59,466 nucleotides of DNA from Candidatus Saganbacteria bacterium (GCA_016219705.1 JACRKQ010000012.1:1-59466), one strand, 5' to 3'. Shown: positions 40,304-51,277, numbered from the stretch's first letter. The notes: generated by a model from the sequence alone, not told the origin. Made by a program: numbers and translations.

Positions 40304-41752
40304 ATGGCTATGGTTTTGCGCCTTTTTAACACCTTATCAGGAGAAAAAGAAATCTTTTTCCCGCTTAATCCGCCGCAGGTGAAAATGTATGTCTGCGGCA
40401 TTACCCCTTATGATGCGACCCATCTGGGCCACGGCCGCGCGTATGTCACCTTTGACGTTGTCCGGCGCTATTTGAAGTTTTCTGGTTTTCAGGTCACCTA
40501 TGTCCAAAATTTAACAGACATCGATGACAAAATAATTAAAAAATCAGAAATAAATACTAAATCAGAAAATCAAAATATAAAACAAAAATGCCGGGAAATT
40601 GTGGAAAAATACACAACGGAGTATTTTGAAGTTATGGACCAACTAAATGTTCTGCGAGCTGACCAGTATCCTAAGGCGACTGAAATGATTCCTGACATGA
40701 TTAAGGTAATTCAGAGGTTGATCGAACGCGGTTGTGCCTATGTCGCTGGCAATGACGTCTATTTTTCCGTCGCTTCTTTTGCTGATTACGGAAAATTATC
40801 CAAGCGGAAAAAGAAAGACCTTTTAGCCGGGGCGCGGATGGGGATCAATGAGAGCAAGAAAGATCCGCTCGATTTTGCTCTCTGGAAAGGGGCGAAGCCG
40901 GGAGAACCGAGTTGGTCTGCGCCTTGGGGGGAAGGACGTCCGGGGTGGCACATTGAATGTTCTACCATGTCCAATAAACTGTTGGGGGAGACTTTTGATA
41001 TTCACGGCGGCGGGCGCGATTTAATCTTCCCTCATCATGAAAATGAAATTGCGCAGGCTCAAGCTTATAACGGTAAGCTGTTCGTTAAATACTGGCTGCA
41101 CAATGGTTTTGTCAATATTAACCAGCAGAAGATGTCAAAATCGCTGGGAAACTTTTTCACGCTCAAAGATATTTTTCGAAAATTTGCTCCGCTGGTAGTT
41201 CGTCTCTTTTTACTCCTTACTCATTATCGGAGCCCGATCAATTACAGCGACCAAGAATTGGCCAGCGCCAAGGAAGCGTATAATCGTTTGGTCCGGTTTA
41301 TCGCTGACCTCGATTTCCGGCTGCAAAAAACAAACGACAGCGCGCCGCAGATTGAATTAGTCGGCTTGCAAGACGAATTACTGGAGTTTAAGAATAAATT
41401 TATCACTGCCATGGACGATGATTTCAACACGGCGGGGGCGCTGGCGGAGATTTTTAACTTGGTTCATTACTGCCGCAAAAAAATGGAGGCGGGTGAGATT
41501 GAACGAGAGTGTTTGATAGTCATGAAACAAACAGTTGAACATCTCTGCGGGATTTTAGGGTTGATGATCAAGACGGAAGCTGCTGTTTCCGACAAAATCA
41601 CGCCAGAAGTCGAACGATTAATTGCTGAACGAGAAATAGCCAGAAAAGCCAAAAATTTCCAACAAGCGGATGAGATCAGACAAAAATTAACTCTTATGGG
41701 GGTTATAATCGAGGATACTCCGCAAGGGACAAGGCGGTTAAAAAATGCTTGA
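40304..41752 (+). CDS. cysS: Cysteine-tRNA ligase
   Basis: [33 protein letters not shown]. Confidence 0.97.
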   Translation: MAMVLRLFNTLSGEKEIFFPLNPPQVKMYVCGITPYDATHLGHGRAYVTFDVVRRYLKFSGFQVTYVQNLTDIDDKIIKKSEINTKSENQNIKQKCREIVEKYTTEYFEVMDQLNVLRADQYPKATEMIPDMIKVIQRLIERGCAYVAGNDVYFSVASFADYGKLSKRKKKDLLAGARMGINESKKDPLDFALWKGAKPGEPSWSAPWGEGRPGWHIECSTMSNKLLGETFDIHGGGRDLIFPHHENEIAQAQAYNGKLFVKYWLHNGFVNINQQKMSKSLGNFFTLKDIFRKFAPLVVRLFLLLTHYRSPINYSDQELASAKEAYNRLVRFIADLDFRLQKTNDSAPQIELVGLQDELLEFKNKFITAMDDDFNTAGALAEIFNLVHYCRKKMEAGEIERECLIVMKQTVEHLCGILGLMIKTEAAVSDKITPEVERLIAEREIARKAKNFQQADEIRQKLTLMGVIIEDTPQGTRRLKNA

Positions 41753-43019
41753 TCCAAAATTGCTGCGCAATAATCCCGATGCCGTCAGAGCCGGCTTGAA
41801 AAACCGTAAAGCGGAGGCTTCTCTAGTCGACCGTTTTTTAACCGTCGACGAAAGTTGGCGGGAATTGACGCGGCAGGTTGATGAGCTCAAAGCTTTGCGC
41901 AATAAGGTTTCCGACCAGATTGGCGAGATGAAGAAGGGCAAACAAGATGCCGGCGAGCTGATCGCGCGGATGAAAACGCAGTCGGCGACAATAAAAGACT
42001 TGGAAGCCGCGCAGGCTAAAATTGCCGGCTCGCTTATGGCTGTCCTTTTGGAAATGCCCAATATTCCGCATCATTCAGCGCCTATCGGGGTTGATGCCCG
42101 CGATAACATTGAGGCGCTAACCTGGGGGGAAAAACGGATCTTTGATTTTAAGCCTTTGGCGCATGATGAAATTGGCTGCAAGCTGGGGATATTAGACTTT
42201 GAACAGGCCGCAAAAATTTCGGGGTCGCGCTTTGTCGTCTATCGCGGAGCGGGGGCGGCTCTGGAGCGGGCGCTCATCAATTTCATGCTCGATACCCATG
42301 TCAAGGAGCACAGTTCAACGGAAATTTTTGCTCCGGTCCTGGTTAAGCCCCAAAGCCTGATAGGCACAGGTCAATTGCCTAAATTTGAAGAAGAGTTATT
42401 TAAATTGCGCGACGATGATTTATATCTGATCCCCACGGCCGAAGTTTCTGTGACCAATCTCCACCGTGAAGAAATCTTATCAGTCGATTGTCTGCCGCTC
42501 AAATATTGCTGTTATTCGCCCTGTTTCCGTCGGGAGGCGGGCTCTTATGGCAAGGATACTAAAGGGATTATTCGCCAGCACCAATTTAATAAAGTTGAGC
42601 TGGTGCGATTTGTGGAGCCGGAGAAGTCGTACGAGGAATTGGAAAGGCTAACAGCCGACGCGGCCGCGATTTTAGAAAAATTAAATCTGCCGTATCGTGT
42701 TGTCCAGCTCTCTACCGGCGACCTGGGCTTTTCCGCGGCCAAAACTTATGACATTGAAGTCTGGTTCCCGTCGGAAAAACAATACCGTGAGATTTCCTCC
42801 TGTTCCAACTTCGAATCTTTCCAAGCCAGGCGCGCCGCAATCCGTTATCGCAAAGACCGGGAGGCAAAGCCGGAATTTGTCCACACCTTAAACGGTTCCG
42901 GTCTGGCTGTCGGCCGCTGTCTGGCGGCAATTTTAGAAAATTACCAGCAGGCTGACGGCAGTGTTCAAATACCGGAAATCTTGTGGCCATATTTGCATTG
43001 TAAGATTATAAAAGTTTAA
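41745..43019 (+). CDS. serS: Serine-tRNA ligase
   Basis: TGQLPKF, LIPTAEV, FRREAG, HQFNKVE, EISSCSN, HTLNGSG. Confidence 0.97.
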   Translation: MLDPKLLRNNPDAVRAGLKNRKAEASLVDRFLTVDESWRELTRQVDELKALRNKVSDQIGEMKKGKQDAGELIARMKTQSATIKDLEAAQAKIAGSLMAVLLEMPNIPHHSAPIGVDARDNIEALTWGEKRIFDFKPLAHDEIGCKLGILDFEQAAKISGSRFVVYRGAGAALERALINFMLDTHVKEHSSTEIFAPVLVKPQSLIGTGQLPKFEEELFKLRDDDLYLIPTAEVSVTNLHREEILSVDCLPLKYCCYSPCFRREAGSYGKDTKGIIRQHQFNKVELVRFVEPEKSYEELERLTADAAAILEKLNLPYRVVQLSTGDLGFSAAKTYDIEVWFPSEKQYREISSCSNFESFQARRAAIRYRKDREAKPEFVHTLNGSGLAVGRCLAAILENYQQADGSVQIPEILWPYLHCKIIKV

Positions 43020-43023
43020 TCTG

Positions 43024-43050
43024 CAAGTTTTCTCCTCTTTATCCCGATAA
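43024..43050 (+). promoter_or_regulatory. Sigma28-like promoter motif CAAGTTT-N12-CCCGATAA
   Basis: 10 nt upstream of ATG 43061; best match to the FliA consensus. Confidence 0.7.
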
Positions 43051-43060
43051 TTAGTATGCC

Positions 43061-43306
43061 ATGGGAGATAACGTCAATATTTCCGGAATCCGAGCGGCTT
43101 TTGAGACCATCAGTTTAACTCCAGTTACGCGGGCGGGTGAAGGTAATTACCTGGAGGTCCTTAAGAGTATATTTGAAAAAGAAACTGCTAAAATGACCCC
43201 GGCGGCTGGTTTGCCGGCTGGTGTTTTTGTGGCTAATGCCGCGCCGGGACAAACATTGGCGTCTTTGAATATAGCAAACGTTTCTCCAGAATCTTCCTCT
43301 GTCTAG
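43061..43306 (+). CDS. Orphan small protein
   Basis: 81-aa ORF filling the serS-fixA gap, with its own promoter motif. Confidence 0.55.
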   Translation: MGDNVNISGIRAAFETISLTPVTRAGEGNYLEVLKSIFEKETAKMTPAAGLPAGVFVANAAPGQTLASLNIANVSPESSSV

Positions 43307-43335
43307 CTCCGGTCTTTTTATGTTATAATTTATCT

Positions 43336-44142
43336 GTGAGAATAGTTGTCAGCATTAAGCAGGTTCCCGATGTCACCGATGTTAAAATAGACCCCGTTAC
43401 CAACACTTTAATTAGGGAAGGGGTCCCCTCCATTGCTAATCCTTATGATCTCCATGCGCTGGAAGAGGCGCTGAAACTCAAGGACCAATATGGAGCGAAA
43501 GTTATTGCCATCAGCATGGGGCCGCCGCAAGCCAAAGAAGTCTTGCGTAAAGCGATTTCCTTAGGCGCAGACGAAACGTTTCTTCTGACCGACCGCGGTT
43601 TTGCCGGCGCTGACACTTTAGCCACCAGTTACGTTTTATCAGAAGCGATCCGTAAGCTTAACCCCGATCTGGTCTTGTGCGGCAAACAGGCGATTGACGG
43701 CGATACAGCCCAGGTTGGTCCGGGTATCGCTACCCGCCTTGGATTTTCCCAACTGACCTATGTCGCCAAAATTCGTGAATTAAATTTAGCGGCAAAAACA
43801 ATTATCGTGGAACGCAAACTTGAAGAGGGAATAGAGGTCGTCTCGTCTCCCCTCCCTGCCTTATTAACCATCCTTAAAGAAGCGAACCAAATTCGTTATG
43901 CCACGCTGCCGAATTTAATGTCAGCGGTCAACTGTGAGCCGCCAGTTTGGGATAAAAACGCCCTCTCTCTTGATCCCGGTTTATTGGGGCTTAAAGGTTC
44001 GCCAACCCAGGTCGTAAAAATTTTTAGTCCGCCTTTGCGCACAGCTGGAAAATTTATTCCTCCGACAGAAGCAGCCCTCTCCTCCATGATCGATAGTGTC
44101 TTGCCTTTAGTTAAAGGCGAGCCGGTGAAGTGCGATGTTTGA
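43336..44142 (+). CDS. fixA: Electron transfer flavoprotein beta subunit
   Basis: IKQVPD, NPYD..ALE, GADTLATS, GKQAIDGDTAQVGP, GLKGSPT. Confidence 0.93.
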   Translation: MRIVVSIKQVPDVTDVKIDPVTNTLIREGVPSIANPYDLHALEEALKLKDQYGAKVIAISMGPPQAKEVLRKAISLGADETFLLTDRGFAGADTLATSYVLSEAIRKLNPDLVLCGKQAIDGDTAQVGPGIATRLGFSQLTYVAKIRELNLAAKTIIVERKLEEGIEVVSSPLPALLTILKEANQIRYATLPNLMSAVNCEPPVWDKNALSLDPGLLGLKGSPTQVVKIFSPPLRTAGKFIPPTEAALSSMIDSVLPLVKGEPVKCDV

Positions 44143-45136
44143 TATAAAAGAATATTCCGGAGTCGCGGTTTTCATCGAACAATTCCAGGGCAAGATCGCG
44201 CTGGTTTCGCTGGAGCTTTTAGGCGCGGGACGGATCCTGGCGGACAAATTAAAAGTTCCCCTGGCGGCGTTTTTAATCGGCAGTCAGGTTTCTGATCTGG
44301 CGGCCGAAATTATCCAATCCGGCGCGGACATTGTCTATGTCGTCGATAAATCCACGCTCAAAGATTATCGCACGGCCAGCTATCGCCAGGCGGTCGAAAA
44401 ATTAGTCTTAAAATATAAGCCGGAAATTTTGCTGCTGGGGGCGACGACGATGGGGCGGGATTTAGGCGGCGCGGTGGCAACTTCTTTAGGCACTGGGCTG
44501 ACGGCCGATTGCACGGAACTTGATATCGATGAAGCGGCGCGGGCTTTGAAGCAGACCCGCCCCGCTTTTGGCGGCAACATTATGGCGACGATTATGACGA
44601 AACGGAATCGGCCGCAGATGGCGACAGTGAGGCCTCGGGTGATGGCCGCCCGGCCAAAGGATCCGGCCAGGCAAGGAAAAATTATCCAGGAAGAAGTGCT
44701 GGATATTGACGAAAAAGTTAAGGTTTTGGATTTCATCTGTCAGATTAAAAGCGAAGCGCCGATCGAAGATGCCGAGATCATTGTTTCCGGCGGACGGGGG
44801 ATGGGGGGAGCGAAAAATTTTTCCCTCCTCAAAGAACTGGCTGATATTTTAGGCGGGGTGGTCGCCTCCTCGCGTAAAGCGGTTGATGCCGGTTGGGTGC
44901 CGGCTAGCTGGCAGATCGGGCAGACGGGGAAAACCGTGCGCCCCAAAATCTATTTTGCCTGTGGTATCTCGGGGGCGGTCCAGCATTTAGTGGGAATGCA
45001 GGGATCCGACGTGATCATCGCGATCAACCAGGATAAAGAAGCGCCGATTTTTAAAGTCGCCACTTATCCAATTGTGGGGGATGTTCTGCAAGTGGTTCCG
45101 TTATTAACAAAATTATTTAGGGAGAGACAGTCATAG
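44135..45136 (+). CDS. fixB: Electron transfer flavoprotein alpha subunit
   Basis: GLTADCT, RPAFGGN, SGGRG, QIGQTG, GISGAVQH. Confidence 0.93.
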   Translation: MFDIKEYSGVAVFIEQFQGKIALVSLELLGAGRILADKLKVPLAAFLIGSQVSDLAAEIIQSGADIVYVVDKSTLKDYRTASYRQAVEKLVLKYKPEILLLGATTMGRDLGGAVATSLGTGLTADCTELDIDEAARALKQTRPAFGGNIMATIMTKRNRPQMATVRPRVMAARPKDPARQGKIIQEEVLDIDEKVKVLDFICQIKSEAPIEDAEIIVSGGRGMGGAKNFSLLKELADILGGVVASSRKAVDAGWVPASWQIGQTGKTVRPKIYFACGISGAVQHLVGMQGSDVIIAINQDKEAPIFKVATYPIVGDVLQVVPLLTKLFRERQS

Positions 45137-46431
45137 ATAACCATTTTGACGTTATTATTGTCGGCGCGGGGCCGGCGGGGACTTCAACCGCGATTGTCCT
45201 GGCGGAAAAAGGACTCAAAGTTGCCCTGGTTGAGCGGGCCGAATTTCCCGGCGGCAAAAATGTTATGGGCGGCCAAATTTACAGCCACTCCCTGGCCGCG
45301 ATCGTCCCGGAATTTTGGAAAGAGGCGCCGCTGGAACGGCCAATTGTCGAAAAACGGATCTGGTTTTTGACCAAAGATTCAAAAGTCTCGCTTTCCCATA
45401 AGAACCCGGCTTTTGGCGCTCCGCCATTCAATAGCTTTACGGTTCTGCGGGCGAAATTTGATAAATGGTTTGTGCAAAAAGCGGTCCAAAAGGGAGCTTT
45501 TTACATCCCAGAGACGTTAGTGGAAGATGTAATTCGGGAGGGAAAAGGGAAAATCATCGGTGTAAAAACCGGCCGGACACAGGGAGAATTATTCGCCCCG
45601 GTGGTAGTGGCGGCTGATGGGGTAAATTCCTTATTATCAAAAAACGCTTCCTTGCATGCTGAAATTTCCCCGCAAAATGTCGCCCTGGCGGTCAAAGAAA
45701 TTATCGCCATGCCCAAAGAGCGGATCCAGGACCTTTTTGATCTTTCGGGCGACCAGGGATTAACGATTGAGATAATGGGCGAGATTACCCGCGGGATGGT
45801 GGGAGTCGGTTTCATTTATACGAACTTGACGACGGTCTCTGTCGGTTTAGGTTGTATCTTATCCGATTGGGTAAACTATAAGATCAGTCCGTATGATTTA
45901 ATCGAAGAGATGAAAAATCATCCGGTGGTCAAGCCGCTCCTCTCCGGTGGGAAAATCAGGGAATATTTAGCCCATCTCATTCCGGAAGGCGGGTATAACG
46001 CGATCCCGCCTCTTTATGCTGATGGCCTGCTGGTTGTGGGAGATGCCGCGATGATGGTTAACGGTCTGCATCAAGAAGGATCAAATCTGGCGATGACTTC
46101 CGGGCGGCTGGCGGCGGAGACGATTATCGAAGCGCACAAGTCGGGTGATTTTTCCGCAGGGAGACTGTCCCGCTATAAAAAATTACTGGAAGAAAGTTAT
46201 GTCATGAAAGACCTCAAAAAATATCGCAACAGTTATCCGTATCTGGAAGGCAATCGCCAGCTTTTTACTATCTATCCCCAAATCATTAACGATGCGGCGA
46301 CAGAAATTATCAGAGTCGATGGTGTGCCAAAACTGGTCAAGCAGGCAAAAATTATAAGCGCTACTTTTAAGAAGCGCAACTTATGGGGATTGGCCAAAGA
46401 TGCCTTTTCCGCCTGGAGGGCTTTTCGATGA
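45133..46431 (+). CDS. fixC: FixC flavoprotein oxidoreductase, apparent ATA start
   Basis: The frame upstream of the listed ORF encodes FDVIIVGAGPAG...KNVMGG; also ADGVNS, AHLIPEGG, VGDAA. Confidence 0.88.
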   Translation: MDNHFDVIIVGAGPAGTSTAIVLAEKGLKVALVERAEFPGGKNVMGGQIYSHSLAAIVPEFWKEAPLERPIVEKRIWFLTKDSKVSLSHKNPAFGAPPFNSFTVLRAKFDKWFVQKAVQKGAFYIPETLVEDVIREGKGKIIGVKTGRTQGELFAPVVVAADGVNSLLSKNASLHAEISPQNVALAVKEIIAMPKERIQDLFDLSGDQGLTIEIMGEITRGMVGVGFIYTNLTTVSVGLGCILSDWVNYKISPYDLIEEMKNHPVVKPLLSGGKIREYLAHLIPEGGYNAIPPLYADGLLVVGDAAMMVNGLHQEGSNLAMTSGRLAAETIIEAHKSGDFSAGRLSRYKKLLEESYVMKDLKKYRNSYPYLEGNRQLFTIYPQIINDAATEIIRVDGVPKLVKQAKIISATFKKRNLWGLAKDAFSAWRAFR

Positions 46432-46703
46432 ATTTAGAAGATAAACTATTCCTTGATCGTTATGTAGTCGATGAGATCCCGCATTTAAGGATTATCAATC
46501 TTGATAAATGCGCGATTTGTAAAAAACAGCAATGCCTTTACACCTGCCCGGCGCAGTGTTACAAGCTGGAAGAGGGACGGGTCGTTGTTTCTTACGAAGG
46601 CTGTTTGGAATGCGGAACCTGCCGGATCATTTGCGACGAATATAAAAATATCGAGTGGAAATATCCCCGAGGAGGCTTTGGTATCTGTTATAAGTACGGC
46701 TAA
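46428..46703 (+). CDS. fixX: Ferredoxin-like FixX
   Basis: CPA.CY, GCLECGTCR..C, W.YPRGG.G. Confidence 0.93.
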   Translation: MNLEDKLFLDRYVVDEIPHLRIINLDKCAICKKQQCLYTCPAQCYKLEEGRVVVSYEGCLECGTCRIICDEYKNIEWKYPRGGFGICYKYG

Positions 46704-46709
46704 TGTAAA

Positions 46710-47009
46710 ATGCCACTCTACGATTATAAATGTGAAAAATGCGGGCACATCTTTGAGGTGATGCAAAAGATCACCGCAGAGCCGCTAAAGTTTTGCCCTG
46801 AATGCAAAGGGCCGATCAAGCGTTTAATATCCGCAGTGGGGATCATTTTTAAGGGATCAGGATTTCATGTGACTGATTATGCGAACAAGGCTCCAGAAAA
46901 GAAGAGTGCCGGAAAACCAGGGGAAAGCGAAAAAACAGATAAACCAGCAACCGAGACAAAAACCGAAACCAAACCGGAGACTAAACCTTCAACGACCAAA
47001 AATTCTTAA
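46710..47009 (+). CDS. FmdB-family zinc ribbon protein
   Basis: MP.Y.Y.C..CGH.FE, CP.C, FKGSGF..TDY. Confidence 0.9.
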   Translation: MPLYDYKCEKCGHIFEVMQKITAEPLKFCPECKGPIKRLISAVGIIFKGSGFHVTDYANKAPEKKSAGKPGESEKTDKPATETKTETKPETKPSTTKNS

Positions 47010-47778
47010 TTAATGCTTGTGTTATCGTATCACGATTGATAACAGTTTTATTTACCTTAGTTATTGGTTGAATGTCTAGCAAAGAATTAGTGATAAAAAC
47101 TTCATCAGCTTGCAAAAGTTCCCTAACTTTAAATTTATTTTCAATTACTTTATGGCCCAAACGTCTGGCCAACTTAATAACATAGGCTCGAATGACGCCG
47201 GGGAGAATTGGCAGGGGGGTGGGCGGGGTGATGATTGCGCCGCGCTTAACGATAAAAATGTTGCTTTTTGTTCCTTCAGTTACAAAACCATCAGAAGCAA
47301 CTTGAATTACTTCTCCGGCATCGGACAGAGCTCCTTCAGTCCCAATTAACTGATTGTTCAGATAATTTAACGTCTTTAAACGACTAGTCGGCAATTCTGG
47401 CTTTATCCAGCGGCTAATAACAATTTTATTCTTGTTTCTTCCTGATTTCGGTAATGGACGAACAAAGATAATAAGGCTTGGCCTTTCAGCTCCGCGGGTG
47501 ATAATTATTTTGATGTAGGCATTGGGTAGGCGGCTTTGGGTTATCAGCTGATCAACAATTATTTTCAAAGCGTCAATTTTAACCGGCGGTTTAATTTTTA
47601 GTATTTTTAATCCATGCCAAAGCCTGTGAAGATGCTCTGGCAGGAGAAAAGGTTTTCCGTCAAAGGTTCGCAAGCTTTCAAAACAGCCGTCACCGTAGAG
47701 AAATCCTCGGTCGAGGATTGAGATTTTAGCGTCTGCCAGGGTAGAAATTTTTCCGTTAACGTATGCTAGCTCTTTCAT
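46981..47778 (-). CDS. Class IV aminotransferase, probably ADC lyase (PabC) from context
   Basis: DRGFLYGDG.FE, KTLNYL, EG...NIF, LPGVIR, ADEVF.TNS. Confidence 0.85.
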   Translation of the reverse strand: MKELAYVNGKISTLADAKISILDRGFLYGDGCFESLRTFDGKPFLLPEHLHRLWHGLKILKIKPPVKIDALKIIVDQLITQSRLPNAYIKIIITRGAERPSLIIFVRPLPKSGRNKNKIVISRWIKPELPTSRLKTLNYLNNQLIGTEGALSDAGEVIQVASDGFVTEGTKSNIFIVKRGAIITPPTPLPILPGVIRAYVIKLARRLGHKVIENKFKVRELLQADEVFITNSLLDIQPITKVNKTVINRDTITQALIKNFWSLKV

Positions 47779-48467
47779 GCTGTTTGATTATTGATCAATT
47801 CTATTATTTTCTCTTCTCCAAGCTCTTTTAGGCCTTTGTTTATTTTATCCTGCCATTTTTTGGGGATAGAGAAAAAAGCCTTTCGAAGTTCGATTTCTTC
47901 TTTTTTTTCAATAAGAGCTTCAATAACGTTTATGGCAGCGGCAAAATCCTTTTCTTTCTTTTCAGAATTTCTTCTTCTTTGGGCAATAATCAGTTTATGA
48001 AGTGCGAAATTTGCCGGATGGGGCAAAGTAACAGTTATGTTGTCGATAATCACCTTGATGGTCTTCATCGTTAAAAAATTTAAAAATCTTAAAGCAGTAG
48101 CATTAACACCTAAATTTGGGAAAGGAATCGGCTCATCAAAACCCTTCCCTTTTTCGATAACCAGAAATTCAACAATCAAATCAGGATGCTGAAGTATAAT
48201 ATAACCTTTTGATCCTTTAAAACCTAAGACAAAACCGAGACTTTTTAGCAATGAAGGAATATCAGCCTTATATTTAAAGCTTGAAGGATTTGGCAATAAA
48301 AAATCTAAATCCCTTGTTTTAATAGTTGATTGAAATTCAATGCCGGAGAAATATTGTTTATAAAAAGGCAAACACCAACTGCCAATGAGAATAATCTTAT
48401 CAAGCAATTTACGCTTTGCAAACTGTTTTAAGACATTAAAGCAAAGATCAGACTGACTCTTTTCCAC
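47775..48467 (-). CDS. Nucleotidyltransferase-fold protein (GSU2403-like), putative toxin
   Basis: LIGSW, T.DLDF, P.P..FALHKL, K.EKD. Confidence 0.7.
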   Translation of the reverse strand: MEKSQSDLCFNVLKQFAKRKLLDKIILIGSWCLPFYKQYFSGIEFQSTIKTRDLDFLLPNPSSFKYKADIPSLLKSLGFVLGFKGSKGYIILQHPDLIVEFLVIEKGKGFDEPIPFPNLGVNATALRFLNFLTMKTIKVIIDNITVTLPHPANFALHKLIIAQRRRNSEKKEKDFAAAINVIEALIEKKEEIELRKAFFSIPKKWQDKINKGLKELGEEKIIELINNQTA

Positions 48468-48765
48468 GTAAAGTACTCCTGAGAAATCTGATTTGTTTCT
48501 TCACTTGGGATAATAATTTTCTGTATTTTGCGCGATATGCTTTAGCCTGATTGTATTTATCGAGCGCTTCTGTTGATACCTTTCCTTTATAAATAGATTT
48601 TACTTTGCCTTTTTCTCTCAAAATCAAATAGAAATAAAAGCGTCCTCTCCTCTGCTTTTTTACCAGACTCCCCTTTGGCAGGTTTGCTAATTCTCTTTCA
48701 TAACTTTTTTTCATTCTTTCTGAATTTTCCAACTCTTCTTTTAAGACCCCTTTAATTACTCCCAT
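48448..48765 (-). CDS. Small basic protein, putative DNA-binding antitoxin
   Basis: LPKGSL..K....YFYL..R..GKV...Y.G; overlaps the downstream gene. Confidence 0.65.
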   Translation of the reverse strand: MGVIKGVLKEELENSERMKKSYERELANLPKGSLVKKQRRGRFYFYLILREKGKVKSIYKGKVSTEALDKYNQAKAYRAKYRKLLSQVKKQIRFLRSTLRGKESV

Positions 48766-48783
48766 TATTACACCCCAAATATT

Positions 48784-48878
48784 GTTGCCATACAATCATT
48801 GTTTTATTATATTTTGTATGACAACAGATGTCAAAAGTTGCCATACAAAAGTGTTTAAATGGCAGATTGTATGACAAC
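48784..48878. promoter_or_regulatory. Two tandem palindromic operator-like sites GTTGCCATACAA-N18-TTGTATGACAAC
   Basis: Copies at 48784-48825 and 48837-48878, identical arms, 53-bp period. Confidence 0.8.
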
Positions 48879-48993
48879 AGCTCTTTCATGTGATTTGATT
48901 ATTTTTTATGCAATCCATAGTTGAAATTGAGGATATGCGTTTTTATCATAAAAATCTAAATCTTTTAAAAGTAAGCAGGAGCAATTTTCATCT

Positions 48994-49385
48994 TTAATTA
49001 ATGTTTATCCCCATTCCCAAATTCACAAAATAAGGCAATAGGCCTCCTTTAATGTCGTAGAAAAATTTGTCGCTGAAGAACTCAAACATTATTCCCACAG
49101 TGGGGAAAGCGCCAGCAATATTCCCTAAGAACCATGAGGCGCGGAAATTATCACTGAGGGCATTTGATTTAGCGACTTCTGAGTGTATGTTGCCGTAAAG
49201 TCTTAGCCCCACTTGATCATTTAGCCAATATCTAGTTTCAACTCCGTATATCAAAAATGATGCTGAGATTCCCAGCTGGAACTGCGGAGATTTGTTTTTT
49301 TGTTTCCTTCTAAATTATCTTCTGCGGTTACAACATTGCAAATTAGGACCATTAATAAAAAGACGAAAAAACTTTGTTTTAACAT
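48994..49385 (-). pseudogene. Frameshifted exported beta-strand protein (A7 tract at 49295-49301)
   Basis: RBS and signal peptide MLKQSFFVFLLMVLICNVVTA; one extra A joins it to NKSPQFQLGISASFLIYGVETRY... Confidence 0.65.
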
Positions 49386-49438
49386 CGTTTTCAACCCCCC
49401 TCATTGTATTAATCATGATTTTTAGTAAACAGCGGATT

Positions 49439-49461
49439 CCGAGCCTAAGAGGCTCGGCTAC
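49439..49461 (-). repeat. REP-like hairpin with GTAG foot
   Basis: Minus strand GTAG-ccgagcct-ctt-aggctcgg, downstream of pabB; could also act as a terminator. Confidence 0.45.
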
Positions 49462-49487
49462 GCGGAGAGATTAACCGTTCATCTCTG

Positions 49488-50720
49488 TCATATTCCCAAC
49501 GCCTCCAACATGGCTTGAGCTTTATGCTCGGTTTCCCAAAATTCTCTTTCTGGATCGGAATCGGCGACGATACCAGCGCCAGCTTGAACATAAGCCTGTT
49601 GGTCTTTAATCACTATTGTACGTATGGCAATATTTAAGTCAAGATGATCTGGTCCGATATAGCCGATGGAACCGGTATAGATACCGCGTTTGACCGGTTC
49701 GAGTTCTTCAATAATTTCCATCGCGCGGACTTTGGGACAGCCGGTAATCGTGCCGCCAGGAAAAGTCGCTCTAATCACATCGGCGGCAGTTTTTTTTGCT
49801 AGCAATTGGCCCTGCACATTAGAAACGATATGCTGGACGTGGGAATATTTTTCAATGACCATCATTTCATCAACTTTGACCGAGCCAGGCCGGCAAACTT
49901 TACCAAGATCATTTCTCGCCAGATCGACCAGCATAATATGTTCAGCCCGCTCTTTAGGGTCGAGCAACAATTCTTGCGGCGGGCAATTAATCGGGCGGGT
50001 GCCGGCGATGGGGCGCATCTCCACCCAACCATTTTCCAATTTAACCAGCCGTTCAGGAGAACAACTAACCAGTTTAATCTCGCCAAAATCAAAGAAGGAG
50101 GCGAAAGGGGAGGGATTTATTTGACGCAAACGGCTGTAAACGGTTAGCGGATCAGCTGGTAAATCAACTTGAAAGCGTTGCGAGAGATTGACCTGATAAA
50201 TATCGCCGGCGCGGATATACTCTTTGGCGCGACGGACCATGGTCATGAATTGATGTTTTGTTAAATTTGAATTAATTTTATTATGGTTATTAATTTTTTT
50301 TGCAATCGGCTTGATTGTCCCGCAACTTAATCGATCTAATATTGCCTGCGGGTTATCAGCGGTAATGGTTAACTCTTGGCGTTGACGATCAAAGACCAGG
50401 AGTTTGCCTGGCACAATCATCATTATTTTGGAGAGTTTTAGATCGTCATCGGCGAAGTGAGGGAGCTTTTCAATCTCCCAGCCGAGATCGTAGCTTAAAT
50501 AACCAAAGGCTAGAGGAGAAAGTCTGTTGTTCCAAAGGTTTTGGGAGTCAGTGATGATTTTAACCGGATCCAGACCGATAAAAGAATAGCGAGTTAATAG
50601 TCCCAAGGTTGGGGGACTTTCGAGGAGAAAAGAACCAAATCCGTTATAGAGAATCTGGAAGGCTTGCCAGGGAGAGATTTCTGTCTTGACTGTTAATTTA
50701 GAGTTGTAAGAAGTTAGCAA
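49488..50720 (-). CDS. pabB: ADC/anthranilate synthase component I family, probably PabB
   Basis: [47 protein letters not shown]; clustered with a PabC-like gene. Confidence 0.8.
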   Translation of the reverse strand: MLTSYNSKLTVKTEISPWQAFQILYNGFGSFLLESPPTLGLLTRYSFIGLDPVKIITDSQNLWNNRLSPLAFGYLSYDLGWEIEKLPHFADDDLKLSKIMMIVPGKLLVFDRQRQELTITADNPQAILDRLSCGTIKPIAKKINNHNKINSNLTKHQFMTMVRRAKEYIRAGDIYQVNLSQRFQVDLPADPLTVYSRLRQINPSPFASFFDFGEIKLVSCSPERLVKLENGWVEMRPIAGTRPINCPPQELLLDPKERAEHIMLVDLARNDLGKVCRPGSVKVDEMMVIEKYSHVQHIVSNVQGQLLAKKTAADVIRATFPGGTITGCPKVRAMEIIEELEPVKRGIYTGSIGYIGPDHLDLNIAIRTIVIKDQQAYVQAGAGIVADSDPEREFWETEHKAQAMLEALGI

Positions 50721-51261
50721 GCAATTGTTTCCCTGCTTCGCTCAATATCGATTCCGGGTGGAATTGGACGCCTTCCACGATAAATTCTTTGTGCCGCAGG
50801 CCCATGATTTCGTCTTTATCCGTCCAGGCGCTGATCTCCAGACGGTCTGGCAGCGTTTCTCTTTCCACCAGTAGAGAATGATAACGGGTGGCGGTGAAAG
50901 GGTTCGGCAGTCCTTTGAAAATTGTTTTCCCATCATGATGAATGGCCGACGTTTTCCCATGCATTAAGAGAGGCGCCAGAATCACCTTGCCGCCAAAAGC
51001 TTCGCCAATAGCCTGATGCCCCAGGCAAACGCCCAGAATGGGAATTTTTCCGGCAAAATGGCGGATGACTTCCAGCGAAACGCCCGCGTTCTTGGGTATT
51101 CCGGGCCCAGGAGAAATGACAATCTTTTTGGGCGCAAGTTTTTCGATCTCTGCAACCGTGATTTTATCATTGCGGAAGACCTGCAATTCTTGCCCTAATT
51201 CCCCCAAATATTGGACGAGATTGTAGGTAAATGAGTCGTAATTATCGATCATCAAAAGCAT
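50698..51261 (-). CDS. pabA: Glutamine amidotransferase component II (PabA/TrpG)
   Basis: [34 protein letters not shown]. Confidence 0.9.
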   Translation of the reverse strand: MLLMIDNYDSFTYNLVQYLGELGQELQVFRNDKITVAEIEKLAPKKIVISPGPGIPKNAGVSLEVIRHFAGKIPILGVCLGHQAIGEAFGGKVILAPLLMHGKTSAIHHDGKTIFKGLPNPFTATRYHSLLVERETLPDRLEISAWTDKDEIMGLRHKEFIVEGVQFHPESILSEAGKQLLANFLQL

Positions 51262-51277
51262 GCTATAATTATAACAT
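51261..51277. promoter_or_regulatory. Overlapping divergent extended -10 promoters
   Basis: TGcTATAAT on plus and TGtTATAAT on minus, at a 21-bp intergenic gap. Confidence 0.65.

Noticed and set aside
48784-48878. Mini CRISPR array
   Set aside because: Only two units, made of inverted 12-bp arms with 18-bp spacers; no cas genes; fits operator sites better
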